From: Cladosporium halotolerans
Taxonomy: Eukaryota
Direction: 5' to 3'
DNA length: 64,000 nucleotides
Assembly: GCF_011745625.1 (NCBI RefSeq)
Contig: NW_027191484.1
Location: forward strand, 1 to 64,000
The notes beneath the pieces are model-generated. The model saw only the letters and a program-made list of their open reading frames with translations. It did not search any database and had not been told where the DNA came from. The position numbers and the translations under genes were made by a program. This document shows positions 10,901 through 22,470 of the stretch, piece by piece (the first letter of the stretch is position 1; each line of letters begins with the position of its first letter).

Positions 10901-12089
10901 GCTGCGATGCGATGCGCGCCCGGCGCCATACCAGCGCCGCCGCGCGAGAGACCGGAAGGCAGATCGCGACTCGCGCCGCCGCCGGCCAGCATGCCCTCGC
11001 CCATGCCTGTGACGCTGCGCAGTCGCCGCCGCCACACCGCCGCCAGCAGGGCCGGGTCGCTATCGCGCACACCTCAGTAGCAGCGCAAAAGTAACCACAG
11101 TCGCGTGCTAACCCCACGTGCAGAACCACCTCCATCATCGCGCAAAACCTCCTCCGGCGCACAAGCGCGTCTCGTCTCATCACCACACGCCCACCGCCGC
11201 ACGCGCGCGACACGCTCAGCAAGGTAAGCCTCATTTTCATCATCACTCGCCCGCGATGCCATGCGACACCAAGTTGGCGACGCGCGCCTCAAATCACGCG
11301 CCTCGCAACACCGCGCTGTGCTCTTCAGCATCGCTGGATGCGCGCCTCCAACAGCGCTGCCCGCCCGCCACGCTATCAACAACGGCAGCCTGCAGACGCT
11401 CTGCCTCCCACCACCTCGGCATCGCCCCAGCTTCACCTCGACACACTCGCCGCGCGCCAATCCACCGCCCACCGAACGGCACGCCTCGTCTAGTCGCTGC
11501 CGCCCGTGCTGCTCTTCACTTCCTTCGCCCTGCCTTGCCGCGCTGGCCTCTCTGCCCGCGCGTCACGGGCGCTGCGGCTGATGCGCTGTCCCGTCTCGTG
11601 TCCATTGGCGGCGTTGCGTTGGCGCTGCAGCTGCCGTCGACCTCTGTCTACTCATCTCCTCCCTCCGCCCAATTACCAGCCATCTCGTCGCTGTTCAGTG
11701 TAGCTGACTCGCGCCCCTTCTTAGATCCCGCTGCTTGTTTTCCTTCTCGACGCTGTGACTGGCACGCCTCGCGGCCTATTTGACCTTGCGTAGCCAACCT
11801 GTCAATCAAACGTCGCGCGCACAGCCTAACCGCCCTATCTAAGCCAGCCAGGCCTCTGCGCTGTCTCTGATTCGCCTCACCCACATCAGTTTAACTCACG
11901 ACGCGACGTGTGCCGGCCCGCAGGTTGCGACCTTGCGCCTCATATTGGGCCGCGACATAAGACTGACAAGTCACGGTCGCGTGTCGTCGACCCCGTCATC
12001 GCGTGCGCACTCACCCTAGCCGCGTCGCGTGCTATACATCGCCGTTCTTCACATCCAACGCGTGACCCACATCGCCGAGGATCGCCATC

Positions 12090-13106
12090 ATGGACGCCTA
12101 TGCGCAATATCAACAGCCCTCTCAATACCCGCACCCCCAACATCAATCTCAGCAAACCCACGCGAGCCCTGTGTTGCAAACCCAGCAACAACCCCAGCAC
12201 TACGCGCAACACCAACAGCCGGCTCAGATGGCTCAGTCACAGATGATGGGCCAGATGGCCTACCCCAACCCCGCCGCCTACAGCATGCAACAGCCCTATG
12301 GTGTAAATGTCAATCCGTCGCATGCCGCCGCAATGGCGACTGCCGCCGCATCTGGCTATCCTGCATACTCCATGCCGGACACTTCTCTGCAAAATTCAAT
12401 GCCTCAGACATCTCCTCAGGTCAAGGCCGACGGTTCGGGTCTGCAGAGATCAAGTCCTCAGTCGCCACGCCAACAAAATCCTATGCAAGTTCCTGGAAGC
12501 ATCGCAAATCAGATGAATATGCCACCAGCGCAGGCAATGGGTAACAGCATGCCTCCGCAAATGCAACAGCAAGCCCAGAGACGCATGTCTCACACGATAC
12601 CCAGTCCTGCAGTACCTTCCCAGCAGCAGCCTCCGAATGTCATGAACCAGCCCCTTCGCCCACCTACGCAGCCCCAGCAGCCTGCGCAACAACCTCAGCA
12701 GCAAACTCAACAATCTCCCGAGGTTGTGCCCGCCGCCGGCAGCGTGGAGGAATCGCCTTTGTATGTGAATGCAAAGCAATTCCACCGCATTCTCAAACGT
12801 CGCATGGCTCGACAGAAGCTGGAGGAGGCCTTGCGCTTGACATCGAAAGGTCGCAAGCCGTACCTGCACGAGTCGAGACACAACCACGCCATGCGCAGAC
12901 CTCGTGGCCCTGGCGGTAGATTCTTGACCGCAGACGAGGTTGCCGCCATGGAGGGTAAGGCCGGAGCCATGCCCGGAGACATGAGCACCAAGGTTGAGAA
13001 CGGCGTGACGAATGGCAAATCAAAGAAGAGTAAAGACGGGGAAGACAGCAAGAAGAGCAGAAGTGAGGATGAGGACGACGAGCCGGACGCCGATGAGGAG
13101 AATTAG
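12090..13106 (+). CDS. hapB: CCAAT-binding complex subunit HapB / NF-YA
   Basis: Q-rich N-terminus; core [23 protein letters not shown]...[26 protein letters not shown]. Confidence 0.97.
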   Translation: MDAYAQYQQPSQYPHPQHQSQQTHASPVLQTQQQPQHYAQHQQPAQMAQSQMMGQMAYPNPAAYSMQQPYGVNVNPSHAAAMATAAASGYPAYSMPDTSLQNSMPQTSPQVKADGSGLQRSSPQSPRQQNPMQVPGSIANQMNMPPAQAMGNSMPPQMQQQAQRRMSHTIPSPAVPSQQQPPNVMNQPLRPPTQPQQPAQQPQQQTQQSPEVVPAAGSVEESPLYVNAKQFHRILKRRMARQKLEEALRLTSKGRKPYLHESRHNHAMRRPRGPGGRFLTADEVAAMEGKAGAMPGDMSTKVENGVTNGKSKKSKDGEDSKKSRSEDEDDEPDADEEN

Positions 13107-14338
13107 ATTTGAAGATGCCACATTGGCAAACCTCACGATCCGCACTTCTTGCGCAAACGAGCTTCGTTGCGACGTCTGGCCGTGAACCTTCTGTTCTTTC
13201 TTCCGTAAAGGCGATCGGAAATTAATCGTCAGCTGTACAGACGGCTTCGAGCCTCCACGGACTGGCAAAGGTGACCAGCATCCTTTTGCCTCTCCAAGAC
13301 ATAGGAGGAAGATCCCAACCCAACATGCCACGCACACACTGCACGAAAAATCTTCAGCCACGGACCGAGTACGAAATCCGGAGATAGGGCTCTTTTACGA
13401 TTCTGGAGGGACTTTTAAGGGGGGTGGACACGACCGTGATACCCCTTGGTTTTTTGGTTTTGCTTTTTGTTACTCCTTTTTCTGAGTTCTGTTCATCGTT
13501 ATTATACCTGTCTTTTCCTCGGCGCTGGCGGGGTTATGCGAGAGAAGAAAAAACAATCCACGGACGCGAGGAGAGAAGTGGAGACATATCAGGCGGTGCA
13601 AGCGCAGGCCATCGGTTGACATCTTATCCTCGCTCGTTTATACCCCCCACCGATTGTTTGGGAGACAAACTTATTGTTCTTTTGCTGCTGTTGTTATTGA
13701 ACCTGGCTTTTGATTTTCGAGATCCGTCTCATCCTGATGTGCTTCGCGATGGTGAATTTCCCTTCATCTCAAGGGTTCTGGAAGATTGCAAGTTGGATAC
13801 CCTGCGGTTTTGGAGCAGTGGTTGGCGTCCAGGAGGGTCGAACGGAGTAGATAGGTAGAATGAATGATTGCTGTACACTGTTGGTGAGAGTTGGACGCAC
13901 TATTGCATCCAGGATGCTGATTGGCTCGGCTGTACCCGCCGCTAGCTGCGGACTGCGTTGTGAGGTAACTCCGCTATTCACGTGATCCGGTCTTTCTCAC
14001 TCTCCCCGTGCCCTTTTGACAACAGGCCTCCCGTGCTCCTGCTCCAACCGCTCATATGACGCATACGGCTCACTATGGCAGACTCCAGCTCAGTTTCTCT
14101 GGCATAATACGTTGTAGATTCACATATTCGAGGCGCAAACAGGTCCTTCCCAATGAACCCGCGACGTCACGTGCCCACCCCCGAAGCTCTCCTCCGCAAA
14201 CCTTCCCGTTCGGGAAATGCGACTTCGCGACTTTCGATCGCCGCATCTCGCCCTCGCTAGCCGTCCAAACCACCAACCCGCAAGCCCACGGGCACCCGCA
14301 CCTCCAAATCTACCACCGCCCTCACCCACCAAACAACA

Positions 14339-15094
14339 ATGATCTGCAACCGCTGCCTCACCCGCCTCTCGCGGCGCACGCCCACCACCATCCCCAGCGC
14401 AACCCGCACCTTCACCACAACCCCTCGCACCCTCTCAACACCCGTCACAACCGAAACAACAACAACCTCCACGCCCCGCTCCGCCACCGGCGCCCCCGCC
14501 GCGACTTCCAAACCCGGCGTCGCGCAGCCCTTCAGCAGCCCGCTCACGCCCGCCGCCAAACCCGCCGCGCCCGCCGCCAGCGCCCCCAAACACATCCCGT
14601 CGTCCGTGGCGGCGGGAACGGTCCTCACGGGGCTGAATTTCATGAAGGGCCAGAACGACCCGATCGCGCTCGCGGACGAGGAGTATCCCGCGTGGCTGTG
14701 GCGCGTGCTGGACAAGACGACGGCGGGCGCGGGAGGAGCGGGGAAGGGGCTGGAGGTGGACGAGGGGGATCTGTACGGTACGTATTCCCAAAACCACTCC
14801 CGAATGGGCTCTCCTGAAGTGGAATGCTGACGCTTTCCTTTTTTCTTTCTAGCCAAATCGAAGAAGCAGCGCCAGCGCGCGGCCAAGATCCTGCGCAAGC
14901 GCGCCGCGCAGAACCCGGAGAGCCTGGTGCCCAAGGTGCCGGTGTACGAGCAGAGCGTGGACCTGCCGGGCGGGGACGGCAGTCTGCAGGGGTCTGTGGA
15001 GGCGGGCGAGGCGAGGGGCGCGCTGACGAAGGCGATGAGGGATAGGAGGAGGAAGCTGATTAAGGAGGATAACTTTTTGAGGGCGATGGGTTAG
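14339..15094 (+). CDS. MRPL37: Mitochondrial ribosomal protein mL54 (MRPL37)
   Basis: Arg/Thr-rich presequence; SSVAAGTVLTGLNFMKGQNDPIALADEEYPAWLW; intron 14778-14852; C-terminus RRKLIKEDNFLRAMG, TAG 15092-15094. Confidence 0.9.
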
Positions 15095-15425
15095 ATTGGT
15101 TTCTTGAGATTTTGAGGAGGCTTTCTGAGGGGTGTGTTGAGAGGAGGGTGTATTTTGGTGGTTTGGAAGGATGTGCAGTGGGGAATGTAAGATCATTATG
15201 GGAACAACATGGGCGCGCTGCCCGATTTGAAGCGAGGAGTTGTACACATTAGAAGCGCATTGCATTGCTATCTTACGGAATCGTCTGTCTAGAGCAGACA
15301 CTTTCTGAACACAAAATCGTTGTCGGATCATCACTCTCACAACCAAAGCGGTCTCTCTTACCCCGTTTCTCACCACTAAGAAACATTTCCTCGCACGATC
15401 CCACCAACCTACCAACCTTCCCATC

Positions 15426-18400
15426 TCACCAAAAAGGCACATATTCCTTCCCCTCCGCCCTCTTCTTCCCCTCCTTCCTCCCACTCACGACCCTCTCATC
15501 ACACTCCTCAAACCCAACATCCTCCAACAACCCCACAAGTTCCCCCAAAGTCCCCTCCAGCCCCTCAGCCTTCTCAACCCGCAGCCCCGCCTCCCACCAA
15601 ACCCTGCCCTCCTTCCGCATGACTCTCTCCTCCTTCGCCACGAAACCGATCGCCCCGCGCGCCCCAGTGAGCACATGCAAGTCCCAGACCTGCTCGACGA
15701 GCCAGGTTCCGCGGCCGGCGGTGAGTTGGGAGAAGCGGCGTTTGGCGTGTGCGCGCGAGACGCTGAAAGCTGACGGCGGGAGGTGGGCTTCCAGGTGGGG
15801 GAGGTTGGGTTTGTCGTCCTTCGTTGGGGGGCGAGGGGGGGTGTGCAGGGATTCGAGGAAGGTGGTTATCGACGTTTGCAAGGGGGCGTCAGGCGTTGCT
15901 GAGTTGGAGGTGCTTGTGGGGGATATGCGGGCGTCCCAGACGTGGGCTGGGTAATGGACGTAGAGGATCGGGCGCTGCGCGTTGGAAGGGAAGACTGTTG
16001 CGTTGTTTGCGTTTTCCGGGTCGAAGGTGATTGTCCACTCGCCGCCGCCAGGGACGAGAATGGAAAATTCGTACACCGTCGAGGCTTGCAAGGCGTGTGG
16101 GTCGTCATCGGACCAGGCATCCGTATATCCAACGAGAGGAACGTTGCTGTCAGGAAGCGTTGCTGGGAGTCGGAGCAGGTATGCACCGTCTGAACGCTCG
16201 CGGCCAAGAGCTGTGCGGAACACTGTGGAGGAGTGCTTTGCCGTGATTTCGTCGAGCTTCGACTGGAGGTCTTCGAGACGCAGCGCTTTCGTGTTAGCAA
16301 GGTTGTTCGCGTCTGGCAGCAGTATGAGTCCAAAGCGTACTGTGAGGCTGCTTTGGGTGCCTTCTGTGAGAAGGGCCGCTAGATGCTGGTCGATTTTCAA
16401 CTGGACATCGCTTGCTGAGCTTTGTCCGGCGGTCTTCTGATCGCTATCGGAAGTATTTGAGCAGCCTTGTCTCCCAGACTCTTTCGGTTCCTGAGTTTTC
16501 GGCACTTTCGGCGGCGGAGGAGGTGATGGCCGGTCTAAAACGGCCCAGTTCGCCGTGGTCGATTTGCTGACACTAGTCCCTTTAGACTTCTTCTTCTGCT
16601 TTTTTCCTCCTCCTCCTTTGGCCTGCTGTCGCATGGTATGGAATAAGCGTGGTTCACCTTCGGGATGAGTCTGCATACGCTCAACGATAGGCTGGTCGTC
16701 GTCGAGCTGGATCAGGTCCCTGTTGCCTGACTTTTCAGGAGAGCTGCCTAGGTCGACGAGGTCTCCATGAAAGGGCTCCTGAGGCTGTGACTGTGTTCTG
16801 ATGCTGGTTGAAACGTCCTGCCACGCAACACGAGACTGAGTTCTATCACCCCGTTCTTTCTTTGAAGGCTGTTGTGGTTTTGTCTGAGCGCGCTCTGATC
16901 CGAGTGGAGGGAACAATCCAGGAGGGAATCTAGGCACCTCGAGTCGGCTTCCGCCCACGGAAGGATCAGCAGTGTCAACCAGATTGCCCGTGGGTACTGT
17001 TGGAGGCACGTTCTTGTGTGCCCACGGCTCATCTCCTCCAAACGGAGTCTCCCGATAACTCATAGGGGTCTTGCTGACGACTGGCTGCGGGTGCTGGGAG
17101 TTGTTTCCCAATCCTCCCACTGAAGTAGTTGCTTCTCTTTTGGCTTTTAGCTGTTCATACGTGAATCCGCTATCGTTTCTCCGACGAGCAGACAGGGGTG
17201 CAGCATTCTCGTTCTCCCATATGGCCTGGTTTTTGGCATCACCAGTGAGGCCCCAAGTATCGACTTTGGCGTATCGTCGGTTGTAGCTTGGGAAGCCGTG
17301 ATCAGGCGTTGATGTTCCTAGCGTCGTCAAAGGCGTGGTGGCACTGTCATTCTGCAAGTTACCAACCGTTGAAGCTGTCGTGGCCAATAACCTGGTAGCG
17401 GCAGTTGTCTTCTCGGGGTGTGGTGTAGGTGTCTTGATAGTCTCCGATGGCGATTCGCGAGCCTTCTGCTTCATACGGCTGAAGAAGTCATCCGTCGCTT
17501 TCTCTTGACTCGCCTCGCTATTAACCTCTTCACTCTCCTCGGACTCGCTAGCGCTATCAGCGCCAGTACGCCCCATCAGCAATCTTGAGAAGGCGTTGTT
17601 TGCTTGCGCCTCAGATCTGTCCGGCTCTTGATCCTCTGCCCGCGCCTGCAAAGCTGCGAAGGATACACCCTTAGGCATGCGGATCCGGCCCGTCGTAGGT
17701 TGCTGCATGGAGCCATGTTGCGAAAACTTGAGTGCATCTCTTGCGATCTCTGGCTCGGCGTCCGGATCGACCTGTCTCGTTTCGCCGACGCCTGCAAGCC
17801 ATTGGCTGACGGTCGGCTCCTCGCCGATGAACTCCCAGCGCCTTGGGGGAGCTTCGCGAGTCCCTTTTGGTGGGTTTATGATCGTGCGGAGGATTGGCTT
17901 GAAATCAACGAGCTCGAGAAGAATGTTGAGGTCTTCGTAATCTTCCGCGGGCATCTGAGCGAACTGTTCGCCAATATTGCCGTTGAACATGTGCATTTCG
18001 GTCCCTTGGTCCCATTTCACGTGGCGAAGGGTGATCATTTTTCCTGCATCAGCGGTGCTGTCTCGGCTTTTGGCTCGACACTGGAGCGCTGGTGGGAGTT
18101 CGCGCAGGCGGAATGCCTTCGCCTTGCCATAGGTGTTGATGCCATCGAAGCTGAGCGCGTGGACCTCGATCGGTTGTTGCGGCGTCGGTTGTTCTTCAAT
18201 CTCTTCGAGGTCCGGATCACATTCATCGAAGGGGTCCCCATACGACGCCTCGGGGAATCGAATAGCCTCTACATCCTCACTTGCGACGTAATTCAGGATA
18301 GTGCGCGCGAGCAAAGCGTCCAGGTCGCATCCCCTGCTATTGCGGCAGGTCAGTGCGAAGATGTGGTTCTCGCTGTCGAACGACAATAACAGCGAGTCCA

Positions 18401-18545
18401 AGTCGGCAGTATTGATGGAGTCCTCGGCCGATCTGTGGAATCGCCTCGTAATCTCTTGTACAGCTAGCGAAGAGAAGCGCGTCAGGGAGGCGTGGAAATA
18501 ATGAGCGAGCTCGTGCCTCTGTGCTGTCGAAATACTGAGCGCCAT
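15426..18545 (-). CDS. Uncharacterised 1039-aa protein (globular ends, disordered middle)
   Basis: Single uninterrupted 3.1-kb ORF with protein-like composition; no family recognised. Confidence 0.8.
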   Translation of the reverse strand: MALSISTAQRHELAHYFHASLTRFSSLAVQEITRRFHRSAEDSINTADLDSLLLSFDSENHIFALTCRNSRGCDLDALLARTILNYVASEDVEAIRFPEASYGDPFDECDPDLEEIEEQPTPQQPIEVHALSFDGINTYGKAKAFRLRELPPALQCRAKSRDSTADAGKMITLRHVKWDQGTEMHMFNGNIGEQFAQMPAEDYEDLNILLELVDFKPILRTIINPPKGTREAPPRRWEFIGEEPTVSQWLAGVGETRQVDPDAEPEIARDALKFSQHGSMQQPTTGRIRMPKGVSFAALQARAEDQEPDRSEAQANNAFSRLLMGRTGADSASESEESEEVNSEASQEKATDDFFSRMKQKARESPSETIKTPTPHPEKTTAATRLLATTASTVGNLQNDSATTPLTTLGTSTPDHGFPSYNRRYAKVDTWGLTGDAKNQAIWENENAAPLSARRRNDSGFTYEQLKAKREATTSVGGLGNNSQHPQPVVSKTPMSYRETPFGGDEPWAHKNVPPTVPTGNLVDTADPSVGGSRLEVPRFPPGLFPPLGSERAQTKPQQPSKKERGDRTQSRVAWQDVSTSIRTQSQPQEPFHGDLVDLGSSPEKSGNRDLIQLDDDQPIVERMQTHPEGEPRLFHTMRQQAKGGGGKKQKKKSKGTSVSKSTTANWAVLDRPSPPPPPKVPKTQEPKESGRQGCSNTSDSDQKTAGQSSASDVQLKIDQHLAALLTEGTQSSLTVRFGLILLPDANNLANTKALRLEDLQSKLDEITAKHSSTVFRTALGRERSDGAYLLRLPATLPDSNVPLVGYTDAWSDDDPHALQASTVYEFSILVPGGGEWTITFDPENANNATVFPSNAQRPILYVHYPAHVWDARISPTSTSNSATPDAPLQTSITTFLESLHTPPRPPTKDDKPNLPHLEAHLPPSAFSVSRAHAKRRFSQLTAGRGTWLVEQVWDLHVLTGARGAIGFVAKEERVMRKEGRVWWEAGLRVEKAEGLEGTLGELVGLLEDVGFEECDERVVSGRKEGKKRAEGKEYVPFW

Positions 18546-19240
18546 GGCGTGGATTCATGTGATAGAACGTGTGTCGGTAATGGCGCGTGGCGAGCGAAGG
18601 ATTGAAAACTCGGCAGAGGTACCTTACACAAACAAGCTCTGGTGAGGAGTGAGGTTAGGAAGGCGCGAGTGACCTGAAGCGACGAAAGTGGAAATCGGCC
18701 CGCAACACTCGCGCGGACAGAAGAGGTCTGCGCTGCGCTGGAGGGAGCTCTAGCTGCTCGGAGATGAGGCGATCAGAGCACTTATGCCGGTAGTACCCAA
18801 TGTTCTCGTCTGTCACATTTGGCATGATCATAAGCTGCACGTCAATGTAGACCCCGTCCGTACGACAAGCTGATCTTGACAAAAGGAACGCCACGAAGGC
18901 CCTTCATTAGCACTAGAGACAGGGTATCGTCGTTGTATACTGCATTGGTCTGGAGTATGATTTAGTTGTATGTAGCAAGAACCGCCAGTAATGCTGGAGC
19001 GTCTCACCTGTAAGAAATATCTATGATCCCGGCTTGGTAATCCTCATATCCTCCCTGCTACGCCATTTATACCTCGTTCTCTCCATTGGCTGTAGCGAAT
19101 CCTTCCAACGTTTGTATTTGGCAAGAATGAAGGACAAACACCACTGATGCCCGAAACGCACCCGAATGCCATGCCTTGTGCCCATCACCCTGTAAATGAG
19201 ACATACGAAAACGAATCGTCCGACCCGCAACACAATCAAA

Positions 19241-20506
19241 TCATACTTTCTCCGTCCTCGATTTCTCGAGACCCATGACCCACTTCATCCGGTTGGTCAC
19301 AGTCTCCATGTCCTCGCTCAGCTTTCTCATCCTGTTGTTCTCAAAGTCCGCAACACCCTCCACGCCCGCCTTCCAGTCCTCGTTGGCCTTCGTGTACTCA
19401 TCCCACTTCTCGACAAATTCCACCTGCATTTTCCGCGACCGCTCGAGCTCCGTTCGCATTTGTTCGCCAACAACATCCAATCGAGAGAATTTCTCGGCAT
19501 CTGCTTGTCGCTGTGCTTGCATTTCCCCGAGGTCTTTCCGCCACCGCTCTGCTCGCTGTCTGTACTCGGAAGATAGTTGGCGATGGCTCTGCTCCAGGAT
19601 ACTGGCGTGTGTGGTGGAATGTTTCGCTTCCTCGTGGGCCAATTGCACATCTCGCCTGGCGGTGTCCTGCACGTCCTCAGCCTGCCGTTCCAACCGCCGC
19701 GCCAGCAAATCCGACGCCTCCCTTCTCGATCGCTCCGTCGCGACCTCCTCCTTCAACTGCTCGATCTTCCTGTCCCGGCGGGCCAGGATCGCCCCGTCCA
19801 TACTATTAGCGTGGTTGAGATTGTCGTTCTCCGTCCTCAAGGCCTCGATTTGCGGCCGCATGGTCTGCAGGTTACGCTCCAGTTCCTGGGACCGCAGCAG
19901 TTGCAGCTCGAGCTCTCTCTTTAGTCTGTCGTTCTCGGCCATGAGCCGCTCGATCACGCGCCCGCTTTTGCCGTTCGTTGTAGCATGGCCGACGGCAGAC
20001 GACCATTGGTTTTCGTTCGGCGGGGAGAGAGTTCCTGCGCGGGACATTTCTGCAGCGGCGACGTCGAGGGATCCGCTGACTCTTCGCACGGAACCTGGGA
20101 GCGCGACTGATGCTCTTGAGCCGGGCGCGAGGATGTCGACGTTCGGGTCTGTGGAGTCATCGAAGACCATGGAGGGGATGCGGAAACTGTTGTCTGCTGG
20201 AACACCTCGGTCAGCAAGCGTTCCACCACCGGTCGCGGCATTGTCGCGAGCGCTTAGACAAAGCGTCTCTCCAAGCGCCCTTTGTCCGCGCATTCTGCAG
20301 TCGCACGTACCTGCTTCACCACCATTGACCCGCGGCGTCGCTGCCGGCGGCTTGCCGCCCTTCGGGGTGTCCAGCCGGAACAGCTTGCCGGTGAGTTTCT
20401 TGCGCTCCGACTTCATGTATGCGTCGTTGGCGGCGTTCGGGGAGCTGGGTTGCGGAACCGGCGAGGATTCCCTGCTTGCCGCTGAGGTGCGGGCGAGAGC
20501 GCTCAT
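19241..20506 (-). CDS. Long coiled-coil protein, She3-like family (tentative)
   Basis: ATG 20506; probable in-frame intron 20194/20197-20310; GKSGRVIERLMAENDRLKRELE followed by about 230 aa of heptad repeats. Confidence 0.7.
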   Translation of the reverse strand: MSALARTSAASRESSPVPQPSSPNAANDAYMKSERKKLTGKLFRLDTPKGGKPPAATPRVNGGEAGTCDCRMRGQRALGETLCLSARDNAATGGGTLADRGVPADNSFRIPSMVFDDSTDPNVDILAPGSRASVALPGSVRRVSGSLDVAAAEMSRAGTLSPPNENQWSSAVGHATTNGKSGRVIERLMAENDRLKRELELQLLRSQELERNLQTMRPQIEALRTENDNLNHANSMDGAILARRDRKIEQLKEEVATERSRREASDLLARRLERQAEDVQDTARRDVQLAHEEAKHSTTHASILEQSHRQLSSEYRQRAERWRKDLGEMQAQRQADAEKFSRLDVVGEQMRTELERSRKMQVEFVEKWDEYTKANEDWKAGVEGVADFENNRMRKLSEDMETVTNRMKWVMGLEKSRTEKV

Positions 20507-21495
20507 TTGGACTGAGGGCGAGGCGCGCTTGCTGAAACTCGTGATGCGCGTGGGACCCAGGGCAGCATCGAACGCCGTTTCGTGTCGGGCTGGTGTCCGA
20601 AGGGTTTGGTCCGGCTGATTGGCCGCCTTGTCGTGGTTCGCCCGTCGCGAGCGGTGGGTGACGAACAAAGGGCGTCCTGACCGCCGGATGGTGTCGGCGT
20701 TGCGGGCTAGGGGTGCAATGTCTTAGGACGGAGCGCGTGCCAGAGTGTCGTCACGCAGCGGACGCGTTGGGGTTGAAATGGACTGAGAAAGGCAATGTTA
20801 GCAACCGAAGTAAAGAGTGCACTATTGCAGAACCGCTCGTGGTGCGGAGTGAGACATGTAATTCGCAGCGGCGTCACGTTTCGCCTGGGAGGGCCTGTCA
20901 ATTCACAAGCCCAACGGCCACTTGCGCGTAATTTGCGGGGAAACCTTTTTCTATCGCGCCAGCAACAAGCCGGTGCCTGTCGATCTGTAAACACACATCG
21001 TCATTGAGGGTTTCCGATTGAATACAGTGTTATAGCAGAACGAGAGGCTATCAGAACAGAAAGATCGAGCGTTGGTCACATACAAAGACTTCAGACCGAC
21101 GACCGTAGCCCTAAATTATTCCCGGAGTTGTCCTCCATGGCGAATAGACCGGAAGTGCGACGTGCAACGATGTCTTGTGGTTTAATCGCGGAGCCAAACA
21201 AGGCATCTTAATGACCCTATATCCACCCACCAAGTGATGTATATGCAAGGAAAACCGCTTTCGACTACACTACAATAATAATGAAGCATTCGACTCGCAC
21301 TGATGAGTCCTATCAGCAGGTGGACGCGTCGTCAATATACAGCGGCGGGCGACGACTTGTGTCAAGGAAGCAATACACGATGCCTGTTGGGAGTATTAGA
21401 GATTTGTCCGTTAGAGTTGCTACTAGAATGTCTTCGTATGCTCCGAGACTCCTGCTAGGGATGTATTATTGTTGCCAAATCCGCTGCCCATTTTT

Positions 21496-21513
21496 ACCCT
21501 AACCCTAACCCTA
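21496..21513 (+). repeat. Short interstitial telomere-like repeat ACCCTAACCCTAACCCTA
   Basis: About three copies of CCCTAA (TTAGGG on the minus strand). Confidence 0.6.
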
Positions 21514-22134
21514 GTAACATCAATGTCCTTGACGACTCCAGCTTAGATATGCATTAATCGTGCTTTTTTGCGATGACACACATGAATTGGATGTTTGAAA
21601 TAATGTGCGGATATCTTGTGTGTATTTTCCCCCTAATTCTGCTTGAGTTGAACAAGGTGTTGTCGACTCTCATGTATTCGGGCGTCATCCGCTCAAAGCT
21701 GGCAATCGTCTCAAGCACGACCTTGATGGCAATAGACATCCGTGCTAAGAAATGAACGTCCAAGACTGGGCATCCTCACATTTACCTTGACTCAAGCCAT
21801 CTTTCGTTGTCTAGATGCCGCAGTCACACCTCGTGATGGTGGAATCTCTCAATTAGAAAACGCTATCTCAAGCGAAAGGGCCGATAACAAGCCGGGCGAA
21901 GGCAATCACCGCCATGCAATCCGATCAACACGAGCCAAGGGCTCCCTCGCTTTATGGAGTAACTTTTTGAGACTCATGCAGATTGTCGGCTTAGGAGAAT
22001 AACAGGTACGGAATATCCCCCGAACTCGGCTTAAGGCACCTTGATCTGGCCTCGTGATTACTTGCGATTGCGATAGGGACGTACTGTACATAGCAGCAAT
22101 TCCCAATCTCCGCACGAGCCGAGGCAGGCATCGG

Positions 22135-22470
22135 CTATGAAGCCTCATGTTTCTGATGGCACACACGCACGTGTGTCGCGCGATGGAGCGCCAGCGCATC
22201 CAGGCATCCCGACCTAAGCCTCGTTGGAGCTGTCCTTCCCACCAGACTGGGCTTCGCCCTCCTTCGCCTCACCCCCATCCTTGCTTGAGCCCTTCTCGAG
22301 CTCAATGATCTGGTCTAAAGTTTCAGCGCACTTGGGCCCGCGAAGTACCTGCAAGGTTGTGCCACTGCTAAGTGCTAACGTACGTTGTTGCATGTCGCGC
22401 AGTGTCCGTGTGTGCCGTCAGGAGTGACGTCGACACCAGCTCCGCAGTTCTCACACTTGGGATCGGCCAT
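22135..22470 (-). CDS. Possible small CxxC..CxxC zinc-ribbon protein
   Basis: GCCATGG start, MADPKCENC...HCATCNN. Needs an unusually short 35-nt GTACGT..CAG intron. Confidence 0.2.

Noticed and set aside
9100..12000. Many overlapping 100-350 aa ORFs upstream of hapB
   Set aside because: Arg/Ala/Pro-rich translations typical of GC-rich non-coding DNA; no motifs.
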